Positions 1-11,755 of a stretch of DNA of 64,000 nucleotides are shown here, one piece after another; within the stretch, counting starts at the first letter, position 1; every line of letters starts with the position of its first letter. Source of the stretch: Callorhinchus milii (taxonomy: Eukaryota); the NCBI RefSeq assembly GCF_018977255.1, contig NW_024704742.1, forward strand, positions 134,418,001-134,482,000, given 5' to 3'. The position numbers were made by a program, and so were the translations under genes. Under the pieces are notes generated by a model that searched no databases, was not told the origin of the DNA, and saw only the letters and a list, made by a program, of their open reading frames with translations.

Positions 1-319
1 GAGAAATTTACCAGGAAGTTGGGGGTGGGGGGGGAGGGGTGGGATTTGAGGCCAAGATACTGGACTCATTTAAGAAGCAGCTTAATGCTGCAATGGGGAA
101 GATAGCAGGGAAGGAAGGATGAGATGAAATGGGCTGTGGGGCCTTCTTCATCCATACCTCTCTTGTGATCTTGTGAAACGGGAGTCAACACGCCTTCTAG
201 AGAGTGAGGAGGGGGAGGGGAGAAAATTGAAGAAAGTAATTACAACTTTTTAAAAAATCCCTCGGATTTCATTCTTTCTGCCAAAGAAAATGTTGCAGCA
301 TTGTCATTGCTAATAATAA

Positions 320-612
320 TATTAATAATAATAATCCTTGCATAGGATGCAGCGCCTTATCACACCATTGAGACATCTCAAAGCGCTTCACATGATGTAT
401 TGTAAAATGCAGTGGCTGTGTATTTTGTGGGCGAAATGCTTGACGCCAGTTTTCACAGCAATGTCCCACAAACAGCGACAGAGTGAGCAACCAATTTTAT
501 TTGGGGGAATTGTTGGCCAGGACACAGGGAGAAACTCTCTTCTCTTTTCGAAGCTTGCCATGGGATCTTTAACATCCAAGTGAACAGGCAGACAGGACTT
601 CAGTTTAATGTC
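320..612 (-). mobile_element. Older DeuSINE (SacSINE1/AmnSINE1-like)
   Basis: Deu-domain motif gatgttaaagatcccatggca..ttcgaa..gaag..gtgtcctggccaa. Confidence 0.75.
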
Positions 613-1758
613 AACAACAACAACTTGCATTTGTATAGCACCCAGAGCACTTAACAGTGGCAGAGCACGACGCCAGCTGGGGGGGATGGGGAGGTAACCA
701 TAAGCATGGTCAAATAAAGGTCTTCAGGCGCAACCTGAAGATGGGGGAAGGGGCAACGCAGAGGGATAGAGGAAGAGTGTTCCAGAGTTTCTGGGCATAA
801 TGGCTGAAAGCGCAGCCATCAATGGTGGAACGGAGTGTATGAGGGACATGAAGAAGGCAGTCGAGCGGAGGCAGCGGGTTGTGGGGTAAAGAGGTCAGAG
901 GAAGAGAGGAGCCAGGGCATGAAGGGATTTGAAAACGAGTGTGAGAATCTTGAAATCAATCTATTCGGCAATAGGCAGCCAGTGGAGCGTGGCTAGAACT
1001 GGTGTGATGGGGGTAAGGAGTTTAGCGCAGATGAATATGCGGGCGGCGGAGTTTTGGATCAGCTGGATCCTGTGCATGGTGAAGTTGGGGAGACCGGCCA
1101 AGAGGGTATTTGAGAAATCGAGTCAGGAGGTGATGAATGCATGGAGGAGTCTTTCGGTTATGTCTGGGATAAGGTACGGTCGGAGGCCGGAAATCTGGCA
1201 GAGGTGGAGGAAGGTGGTCCTGGTCAAGGACCGGATGTAGGGGAATAAGAACAGCTGTGGGTCGAACCTGATGCCTGGGTTGCGCACCGGTTCGGTAAGT
1301 CTGAGGGATAGACCAGGGAGGTTGAGGAGGTCAGAGCCTCAGGATAGAAGACGTTGATGAGAGCCAATGAGTATGGCTTCCATCTTGTCAACATTTAGTT
1401 GTAGGAAGTTTTCGCTCATCCAGGCCCTGATGTCTGCCAGACAAGCAGAGAGAACCTGGAGGAAGAGAAGTAGATTTGTGTGTCATCTGCATACATGGGG
1501 TGAGAACGCAGCTGGTTAGCGCCAACGCATTCCAGAGCTTTGGCAAAGAAAGGCAAGATGGAAAAAAGGGGCAGTAATTTGTGAGGTTGGAGGGATCAAG
1601 GGTGGGTTTTTTGAGGAAGAGAGCGATGACAGCAGTTTTAAGGGGGAGAGGAACAGAACCTGAAGAAAGTGACTGGTTGACTGTGTCAGCCAGCAACGGG
1701 GAGAGGAAGAGGAGTTGGGTGACCAGCAGCTGGGTTGGGATGGGGTCCCATTCAAAGT
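612..1758 (-). mobile_element. L2 LINE, degenerate 3' portion
   Basis: (GTT)n tail at ~612-625. Peptides KTAVI..LKKPTLDPSNLTNY, YADD region and FLQLN..K.E. Confidence 0.85.
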
Positions 1759-2875
1759 TATTAAAGTGAAGTGATTCTATCTCTGAAGTTTCCCCACCTA
1801 CAACTATTCCGTAAAAAATGTTTTGGCCGAGTGGTTTTCCGAGTGGGAACCTGGAGATCTATCTGTTCACTTGGAAACTGACAACAACAACAACAACCCT
1901 TATGTTTTGTATAATGCCTTTCACATCAGGACGATGTCCCAAGCACTTCACAGCGTATACCGTAAAGCAGAGTGACTGTGTTTTGTGGGCAATACAATAC
2001 AATTTTGCATTAATACAGGGCCTTTCACGTCAGGATGTCCCACGGCACTAAATAATCCTGGGTTCATACCCGAGTTCACGGTGGGAGCCGGGGGTGGGGA
2101 GGAAAGATGACCGAAAGTACGGTCAAAGAGGTCGGTCTCAAAATGGACCTTGAAGAAATGGACCTTGAAAGAGATGAGGAGCCAAGCCCTCTCTAAGCAA
2201 TGTGCGAGAATATTCTGCTGATTTTATTTCAGTCCTTGTAGAGAAGTGCTAGACATCTGCTCAGCGCATCTCCATCTTCTCCTCCTCCTCCTCCCCCCCC
2301 CCCCCCCCACCCACCTCCCACCGCCAAATTTGCAGCATAAGTGAGATTGGGAACTTGTACTTGCAAGCTCAGGCCTCACCATCTGAAGGACGTTGTTTAA
2401 AAAGACAAGCCAATTTCTTTCAAATCTCTCATTCCAGCCCAACATGAAGATTGATGCTTTTACAACATCTCGGATAACTTCACTGCCTCTGTTCAGCTGA
2501 CGTCTGCCAGAAGCATAGCCAGAGAAGCACTTAAGCAACAGAGCCGGGTGCTTTGTTCATCCCGAGATGCTGAGACCAAGTAGTCGCCCATCATTGCAGA
2601 CCAAATTTAAAGTTCCAGTTTCCACGCTTGTATTGCTTGACAAAAAGAACAATAAAAGAAAATCCCAGCAGCAAGGCAAATACAAAACACTCGTCCAGCA
2701 CCCTTCAACTCGGACAAACATCTGAGCCCTTTGACGAAACAAGGGTAAATGGAACCTAACTGAGGGTCGTTGCGTGGGCAAAGTTGTTCTTTAATAACAG
2801 AAAAAATCACAAACTGACCCTTGAAGAAAAGAAAGTCATTATTCCATAAAATAGTGTTGGTTTTGTACAACTCAC

Positions 2876-2937
2876 CTCCTTGGCCTAAGCAGGAAGTCCT
2901 TGAAAGTGTACGGTCTTTCCAAGGCAGGATTTTCTGC
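2876..2937 (-). CDS. NEDD4L: NEDD4L exon (62 nt, AENPALERPYTFKDFLLRPR)
   Basis: aaacag|GCAGAAAAT...CCAAGGAG|gtgagt, phase 0/2. ERPYTFKDFLLRPR is the NEDD4L signature; the gene continues beyond position 1. Confidence 0.95.
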
Positions 2938-3808
2938 CTGTTTAGAAAAAGGGGGAGTGTGGGTGGGGGGAGAGAAATAATTAATGAAACCGCTCCTTAA
3001 TACAATGCAACAATACATCAATTCACGACTGTTTGTGCTGCCATGCTTCACCCACAAAATATCCACTTAATTCACTTTTCAGTATATTCTGTGAAGCGTT
3101 TTGATCTGTCTCAATGGCATGATAAGGCATTATATCAAATGCAAGGATTATTAATATTATAGTGTGTTTCATATCAGGGGGCACGTCCTGCGGGCGATTT
3201 AACAATCGTGGCTGGGACCCGAGTTTTGTTTATTTTATTTTTTTGGGGGGGATGATGATTAAAAGCATAGTCGAAGAGTTAGATCTTGAACATAACACAA
3301 CACACACTTTCACTTCAGGAGGACTTCAGACACGTGAATTGGGAGGCTTTCATTACCAGGCAAATACAGCAGCCACAATAAACATCTATAAAGTGAAACA
3401 TAGAACCACAGGAACAGGAGGAGGCCATTCAGCCCCCCCCCGAGCCAGTTCCACCAGATTATATTTGAGCATATATAATGGGTCTGAAATGCTGTACTCT
3501 GTCCAGCGCCTTGGGACGTCCTCCCGACGTGAAAGGCGCTTTACAAATGTTATCTTGTTGTTGTTGAGCAGATTTTTAAATTAACGCCTTGTCTTTTCTC
3601 CTACGCTCTCTCAATACCACGAAGCTAAATTACATTTGTATAGCGTCTTTCACGTCTTAAGAACGTCCCAATACCTCTGCAACCCGAGCATCCATCTTTC
3701 AAACCGCAGGGAGGAGATGGATTATTACATTACTGGGGAATCTTGACCCTTCTAAACTCCCGCGCTGTAAAGCACTTTCAGACGTTTCTTTATGAGTGTA
3801 ATTTGCTA

Positions 3809-3938
3809 CGAGAGTGACGTTGCTGGGCCAAGCTGTCTGTCACACTAATGCCTGGCTATGGGCCAACGTGCTCTTAGTGGTAAAGAGTAACTAGCCCATG
3901 GCCAGCATTAGTGTCACAGATAGCCTGGGTCACTCTTG
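3809..3938. repeat. ~130-nt imperfect palindrome/hairpin
   Basis: ccaagctgtctgtcacactaatgcctggctatgggc versus gcccatggccagcattagtgtcacagatagcctgg, plus outer agagtgac/gtcactct and inner tgctctt/aagagta pairs. Confidence 0.85.
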
Positions 3939-4324
3939 CCCCGGATGGTGCAGATAGTGAGACCTCTTATAGCATGAGTCAACGCATCCTATTATTTCCC
4001 AGGCAGGACAAAAACCTTAGGCGAGTTTCCTTACTCCGCACAACTCTGCTTACAAATTAACAATAATAATCCTTGCATTTGATATAGCACCTTATCAAGT
4101 CATTGAGACATCTCAAAGTATTCACTGAAATTACTGTATAGTGACTGTGCATTCATAGGTGAATGCGGCAGCCAATTTGCACAGTCCTACAAACGGTTAT
4201 GAAATGAGTGACCAATTTTTATTTGGGTGATTGTTTATCAAGATACAAGAGAAAAAACATTCTCCTTTTAACCCTCTTGCCACAGGATTTTTAACGCCCA
4301 CCTGAATTCAAATGGGTGCACATT

Positions 4325-4635
4325 TGTGGAGTCCAGCAATCTAGCAAGCGAGAGGACCTCGGTTCGTTTCCCGGGCGAAGCAAAAACTTAGGCAAGTTTC
4401 CTTACTCCACAAGCCGCTGTTTACCAAGCAGTAAGTAGGAACCCAGTTGATAGTCGATTGGTAGATCGCTTTCCGAGAAAAAAAAATGGTCACTCAATCC
4501 ACGACTGTTTGTGAGACACTGCTGTGCGCAATTGTTTAGTTTTGCTCAATCTATGTCACAGTATATTCTGTGAAGCGCTTTGAGATGTCTCAAACACATG
4601 ATAAGACGCTATGTCAAATGCATTAATATTATTGT
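4325..4635 (+). mobile_element. SINE (long subfamily)
   Basis: Contains the extra gtttacc..gcagtaagtaggaacc..gtcgattgg segment. Confidence 0.85.
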
Positions 4636-5052
4636 TTTTTATACCCAGCCAGACTAATAAGAGTAGGGGCGTAATCCATCAATAAGCAGTGTGCGTTTTG
4701 GATGCATTTCAGAGATAATCACTTTCAGAAGCATACTGTGCTCACTGCTGGAGAGGATGTGCAGCTGGTAATCCTGGGTCTTGCTCACCTTAAATTCACC
4801 CACAGCAGCCACCCACACACCATCGGGCTGTTAACTGCAGGGCATTAGTTTTTGCAATTGGTTTTATGACTCAGTATTCACAACAGTCACGTCCTCTTTA
4901 TAAAATAAATGGACCTTTGCAAATCGTGCTCTGTTTAGCTTGGTGGGCTGAGCCATCCTAAATTGGGACTTAGTTGCACATTAACTTGTTCATTAACCAT
5001 TTTATCAAAAATATTATCCGTATCCCATTGTCTTTGTGTTGAGATGTTCTTA

Positions 5053-5415
5053 TAATAATCCCTGCAATCCATGTAGAGCCTTTCATGTCAGGAACACATC
5101 TCAAAGCACTTCGCGTGATATACCGTAAAGTGTAGTGACTGTGCATTTTATGGATGAGGCGGTAGCCAAATTGCGCACAATTCTAGACAATGACCCATAT
5201 CGACTGATTTTATCTGGCAAATTGTCAGCCTGGTCACCAGGAGAAACTCACTTCTCTTTTCGAATAGTGCCACGGGATCTTTAACGTCCTCCTGAACAGG
5301 CAGAGTGGCCTGAGTTAAATGTTTTATTTGAAGGACAGCAACTCTGACCTTGTAGTGCTTTCCCCTCTCCTGTCCCAGTTGAGCATCAGCCAAGACGGTG
5401 AGCTCAAAGTCTCAA
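5053..5415 (-). mobile_element. Older DeuSINE
   Basis: Same Deu-domain core. Confidence 0.75.
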
Positions 5416-5424
5416 CATGGGTGT

Positions 5425-5793
5425 CACTCTGGGGTCTCCAAGCCTTGGCTCCTGCCAACCTGTGCCGGATACTTTCCAGGAATTAGGTAAGCAGGATGCA
5501 TCCCTCCGGGGAGAGAGTGCCCATTCCGTTCCAACAACCAACTCTGGGATTTCCATATGTAGGTGGGATGCATGGAATTCTCAGCTTGGTTTGGATACTC
5601 TTAAGCACTCTTAAGTGATGGGTTTCTGCATGTGTCAGACACCCGGCTGACCAAAAAAACCCATAAAAACTATATTTAATAATAAACTGAGACTCATACA
5701 GCCCAGGAGTCCTCTCGTTTCTCCTCACTCCCCCACCCACCCTCTCTTTTCTCTTCCTCCCGAAAAACCAATAGCAGAATTCCAGAACGAAGG
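5425..5793 (+). mobile_element. Unclassified dispersed repeat plus adjoining module B (5671-5793)
   Basis: Aligns by eye to the reverse complement of 35027-35235. Module B also occurs at 17639-17748(-). Confidence 0.7.
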
Positions 5794-6874
5794 AGAGTCC
5801 AGCGTTCAAGATCACCTCTCTGAAGTGGAGCACGTGTTTGCAGAAGAAAAATGTGCATTACAGGGCACTTTGCTGTTGGGTCAGATTAACGAAGTTCCAT
5901 TATTTGAGCCATGAGAGGGTGAAGCAAAAAATCTCCACTTGTGGTTTGAAGGGACACGGACACACAAGCGCGTTTGTAAACGTGTGTCCTTTTAATAAGG
6001 TTCGTAACACGAGGACAGGGCAACAGATGGCATGTGGAGGAGGAAGGTTATTCTTTCAAACAAATACAGATGACTGAAGAGGTTTCAGCATCTCAGTACG
6101 GAGTGTATCCTGCAAAGGCTCCCCACCGCAGGCATCCCATCTGCTGAAGGTGGATTCGCTGCCACAGCCAACGTGGAAAGCTGCCAACTGAAACTGTCCG
6201 TTTGCTAATAAGAAGACGCACAGAAGATCCCTTTTCTTAGAGGAGGATTGAATCTGCACAGTCTGTACCCGTTGATTTCCTCCTCCCCCTTCTCCACATC
6301 GAAATGCACAAAGAAATAAAATTCCTCAATCTTACTCTGCTCCAGTCACACACACCCCTCTCCCCCCCCATCCCTCCCCTCACCCCAACCATTCCCCTTC
6401 CCCCCTCACTGGTCTTCAGCACATTTCGGCCGCAAAATACACGGTCAATCCACTTTACAATATATTCTGTGAAGTGATTTGAGAGGTCTCAATGATGTGA
6501 AAGGCGCTATATCAAATGCAAGGATTATTATAAGTATTTAGCTTGGCTAATATTTGCAATCCCCTCCACATCATGGGCCCAACAACCTCTTTCTGCGCTG
6601 AAAGTTTCTAGGTTTCTTAGATACTATTCGAAAGGATAGAGAAGGGAGTTTCTTCCCGTGTCTTGGCCTCCTCCCCGATAAAATGCGTCATTCACTTCAT
6701 GAGTTATTGGCAGCAGGGTTCGCGTACAAAAAAACACATAGGCACTGCTTTTTATAGTATATTCTGTGAAATGCTCTGAGACGTCCTCTGGATTGAAAGG
6801 TACTGTATCAGACCCACAGATGCCTGATAACTCATCCCTGTTTTAAATTGCCACTGTCACTAAAGTCACCATGT

Positions 6875-7205
6875 GTGGAGTCCTGTAGCGTATTAGTTAG
6901 AGCACTCTCCTCGCAAGTGAGAGGATCTGGGTTCAATTTCCGTGCAGGGCAAAGCCTTAGGCGAATTTCCTCACTCCACACGCCTCTGTTTACCTAGCAG
7001 TAAGTAGCAACCCGGTTGTTAGTCGATTGGTGGATTGCTTTCCAGGAGGTAATAATCCCTAAAAAATTATTAATAATAATTTGGTCACTCAATCCACGAC
7101 TGTGTATGGGACCCTGCTGTGCGCAATCGGCTGCCGCGTTTATCCCACAAAATGTACAGTCAATTCACTTGACAGTATATGCTGTGAAGTGCTTTCGCGA
7201 CATCT
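6875..7205 (+). mobile_element. SINE (long subfamily)
   Basis: tRNA head, long insert and shared body. Confidence 0.88.
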
Positions 7206-9549
7206 TGAAGTAAAGCGCTTTGGGTCTCTGTGTGAAGGGCGTTATATAAATTCAAGCTGTTGTTGTATCTCACTGATGCTATATCGAATGCAAGGATTAT
7301 TATTATTATACTGTTAATATCCCAGCTACATTTATATACGTATATATACATATGCCTAACTCTTCTTCACTGAGCCCTTTTCCCTTGCTATCAGTTATCA
7401 GCAGTTAAACCGTATTATTGTTATTATATAACAATGCTCTGGTCCGAAACTCTGTCTGTCCAGCGCCTTGGGACGTCCTCCCGACGTGAAAGACGCTAAT
7501 CAAATGTAATTTTGTTGTTGTTGCGACGTGAGGTGAAGACATTTCCACAAGGTACCACTGGGTGGCACCTCTTACTGTAGAGGGGACATTTGGTGAGAGA
7601 ATTAACATTAAGTGTATTCTGACACTACTTCCAGGAGTGATTCAGCAACTTGAGTAACAGACATGCCTAAAGCTAAAGAAATGTTGAAGGTCATACAATG
7701 GGGGTGAGAGGAGGAGGGGGGGCTAAGTACTCGGTGACGCAATGGAGATTTTCAAATTCCTTTCTCGATCTGAATGAAACCCAATCTATTGGAACAAGAA
7801 GTCGCACTTATAAAATGCCTTTCAGGTATTGCATATACCTGTAGGCACTTTACAAAGTCAGAGTGGGAGCTCGAGATAACGGGAGATTGGGGTGGGGAGG
7901 ACAACAGGAAGAGGTATCTGAAAGCGCAATCAGATAAGACGACACCAAAAGGTTTTGAAAGCAAGCGAGAGGGAGAAAGCAAGGCGAAGGGATTAGGGAA
8001 GAGTTTTCCAGAGAGCAGGGCAAAGTGGCTTGAAAGCTTGATCTTACCCGGTATGAAGCAGTCAACAAGCTGAGTCAAATCAAATCAAATGGGTTTGGAC
8101 ATTTCAAAGACATTCCTACAGCTCCTCAGCACAACAACCACAACAAAGATGTGCATTGACTTAGCACCCTTCATGTAGAATAACATCTGAACACTTTGAA
8201 GCTAAGGGGAAGGGGGGGGAAGAAGAGACGGAAGGAGTTTACCGCAGATGTGGTCAAACAGGTAAATGTCACCCACAAAAATAGTCAATTCGCTTTACAG
8301 CATATTGTGTGAAGCACTTTGAGATGTCTCAACGACGTGACAAGGCTCTATATCAAATGCAAGGATTATTATACTTTAAAGCAGGATTAGCAACAATTAG
8401 CAGCACCATTGTAAAGGGGCACGCAAAGATGTTTCTCTTTACAATGAATGAGCGCTCGGATTATCTTCTTCCACCTTACACACACACCCACACTCTCCCC
8501 CCACCCCACACACACTCCTCAATCTCAGCATCCTCAGTCCCTCTATCTTGGGTGCCGCTCACTGAGACTCCCCCCCCCCCCCCCCCTCCAATAGCGCAAC
8601 ATCCAGAGAAGAGCCGATGCATTAAAGAGAGACATTCTATTTAGAAACAGGCTTCACACTAACTAACCTGTCAAATTGCTGCAAAAAAGCAAAAGCCAAG
8701 TGGTGGTGCTGGTGGGGGAAGCTATGAGAGTGATGCAACCAAACTAAACCATGGCGCCAAAATCCTACCCCACATCTCAGGCATTGGAGACAACTGAGGA
8801 AGGACACAGTGAGCATTCTTGCCTTGTGCTTATCTTGTGACAAACTGATCTGCCCCTGGCTGATTTGTCAACCGGTTTTACTGCTTCCAATGCTAATACG
8901 TGCAGGGGTAATGCTACCACAGACTTAAGCAGTGAAACTGGTCTCTTTAACACAGGGGAATCCCTTTATATCGTCCTTTGATGGAGGGCTGCCCTGGTGA
9001 GGCTGTGAGTGACCGTACAAGGTGGGGGGGGTTGGGGGAGACAGAGAAGGGAAAGGGGAGCCGTTCACTAAAAACAGTTTTGAATATATAAAATGTTTGG
9101 AAGCTCATATCCTTTTCCCAATTCTCCGACACCAGAAAAATAAAATCACTTTTCATGTTAGATTTCAAGAGGGAACTCATAGATCAATATCTAGAGGAGT
9201 TATATTCAGAGATATAGAGGTGGGGGGCAGAGGGGGGAAAAAAAAGTTGGATAAATTGAATGGATTGCTATTCACAAAGTCAGCACAGACATAATGGGAT
9301 AAATGGCTTATATCTGTGCTCTGAATGACGATGGCTCTATGGTAGTAAATGACTGGTCAATGGCCTGCCATGCTCTTATGAATTTAAAAAAATATATTTT
9401 TACACTACACTTGACAACAATGTTTTGTCTGATGCTTTGGAAATATGTCAACATTATAGGTATTTATGATCGAACGCAAGATTTATGCAGGGAGAGAAGG
9501 CGCAGAAATTGGCAAACAAAAGATCTACCATGACCTAATGAACTGGCCA

Positions 9550-10683
9550 AACAACAACAAGATTACATTTGTATAGCGCCTCTCACGTCGGGAGAACATC
9601 TCAAGGCGCTGGACAGTGTACAGCATTTCAGACCCGAGCTGGGGTCAGGGAGGGAGAAGGGAGGGGAGGGAAAAGGGGGGTGGCCGTTGGCATGGTCGAA
9701 GAAGAGGGTTTTGGGGCGGGACTTGAAGGAGGCTAAGGTGGGGGCGAGGCGGAGTAACTGGGGGATGGAATTCCAGAGGTTGGGGGTAGAGTGGCTGAAG
9801 GCTCTCCCATCAATGGTGGGGCAGGTGGGTCGGGCGACTTGGGAGCAGGCTGGAGCCGGCTGAGCAGAGGGAGCGGGCGAGTTGGTAGGGGATTAGGAGG
9901 TTACAGAGATAGGGTGAAGCGAGGCCATGGAGGGCTTTGTAGGTGAGGACCAGGATCTTGAACTGAAGGATAGGGAGCCAATGGAGTCGGGCGAGAATGG
10001 GGGAGATGAGGTCACAGAGTTTGGTGCGGGAGAGGACACGGGCTGCAGAGTTCTGGATTATCTGCAGCCTGTGGAGGGAGGAGTTGGGAAGGCCGACAAG
10101 CAGGGCGTTTGCACAGTCGAGCCTGGAGATGATGAAGGCATGAACAAGAGTTTCAGTGGCCTGAGGGTGAGGTAGTGGCAGAGTCGGGCGATGTTACGGA
10201 GGTGAGGGAAGGCAGAGCGGGTCATGGCTTGAATGTAGGGGAGAAAAGACAGTTGAAGGTCGAACAAGACACCGAGGTTCCTGACTGGCGGTGAGTTGAA
10301 GTGTGCAACCGTGGAGGTTGATGCTGCCAGAGCCTGAGATGCTGAGGCGCTGGCGCGAGCCAATCTGGAGGGCCTCAGTCTTGTTCACATTCAACTGTAG
10401 GAAATTTGCCCTCATCCAGGACTTGATGTCCGACAGGCAGTCTGTCAGGACAGCAGTGGTCCTGGAGGTGAGGGTGGAGGCAGAAAGATAGAGTTGGAGC
10501 CATCCGCATACATGTAGAAGTTGACCCCATGTCTGCAGATAATGTCACCAAGGGGGAGCATGTAGATATTAATGAGGAAGAGGGCCAAGGACAGAGCCCT
10601 GGGGGACACCAGATGTGTCAGTGCGGGGGTTTGGAGGAGAAACCGTTAGAGGCAACAAAATGGAGATGGTGAGAGAGATAAGA
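9550..10683 (-). mobile_element. L2 LINE 3' fragment
   Basis: NFLQLNVNKTEAL, VRNLGVLFD and HLRNIARL peptides; 3' stem-loop and (TTG)n tail. Confidence 0.9.
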
Positions 10684-10810
10684 ACTCTCCTCTCCTCTAT
10701 ATCTACATGCTCCTTCAACTTCCATATGTATGCAGATGACACCCATCTCTATCTTTCTGCCTCCACCCGCAACTCCAGGACTACTGCTGTCCTGCCTGTC
10801 GGACATCAAG
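10684..10810 (+). mobile_element. Inverted L2 RT fragment (FHMYADDTHLY)
   Basis: Reverse-complement copy of about 10420-10580. Confidence 0.8.
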
Positions 10811-11174
10811 AGACTCGATGGGGTGAAAAGCCTTCACCCATTCCTTTAGTTTTGCATCTCATCCTCTGCACTATAAGAGGGAATTATAGCGGGCAGTGGA
10901 AACCCTGCTTCTTGCTTTCGGTCCCTTTGCTTGTGCTTTCAATGGCCTGACCAACGATTCCCCAGGTCATTCCCTGCATGGAGCTCTGTGGGACACTGCT
11001 GTGCACAAAATTGGTGGCCATGTTTGCTATAGAACACACTGTTCAATAAATCCTGTGAAGCACTTTGAGGCAGGAGAAAGTCTTAAAGCAAATTGTCGCC
11101 ATAAGACGGCAAGATGCTGATGTGTCAACATCATTTTGCTAAAGGTTCAACCACAATGTCTTAAACTTCCAATT

Positions 11175-11490
11175 GTGACACTCCAATTCAGTGCTGGGGT
11201 CATGCATTGGAGCATTGTTGGAGGTACCGTCCTTAAGATGAAATGTTAAACTGAGGTCCCGACTGCCTGTTCACGTGGATGTTAAAATATCCCCTGGCAC
11301 TATTGGAAAAGAGGAGTTTCCACCTAACCAACAATCCCCTAAATACAATTCATCATTCACTTCATAGCTGTTTGTGGAAGACTGCTGTGTCAAATTAGCT
11401 GCTGCATTCGCCACAAAACCTTCTACAAAATATCCTGAGATGCACTTTAGGACATCCTCTTGCGTAAAAGGCGCAGTAACAAATGTAAGT
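11175..11490 (+). mobile_element. Older DeuSINE
   Basis: gttggaggtaccgtcc..gatgaaatgttaaactgagg..gtggatgttaaaa core. Confidence 0.75.
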
Positions 11491-11755
11491 TTTTTTTTTA
11501 ACTTCACGTGTGCAAGATACTTGCATTTGATATAGTGCCTTATCATGTCGTCGAAATGTCTCAAAGCACTTCACAGGATATATTATAATGAATTGACTGT
11601 GTCTCACAAACAGTTGTGAATTGAGTGACCATTTTTTTTGCTAGGTTAAAAGGGTCAACATCTTTTTTTTTGAGAATTATGCACTCAAACTAATTGAAAA
11701 TGTCATCAGGGAACATTGCCCAAACTCATGCACAGCAGCAAAACTTTGCAGCTTA

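Noticed and set aside
3831..3860. miR-122 (lies near NEDD4L in other vertebrates, from recall)
   Set aside because: Only a 9-nt match (AGTGTGACA on the minus strand); the mature sequence is absent.
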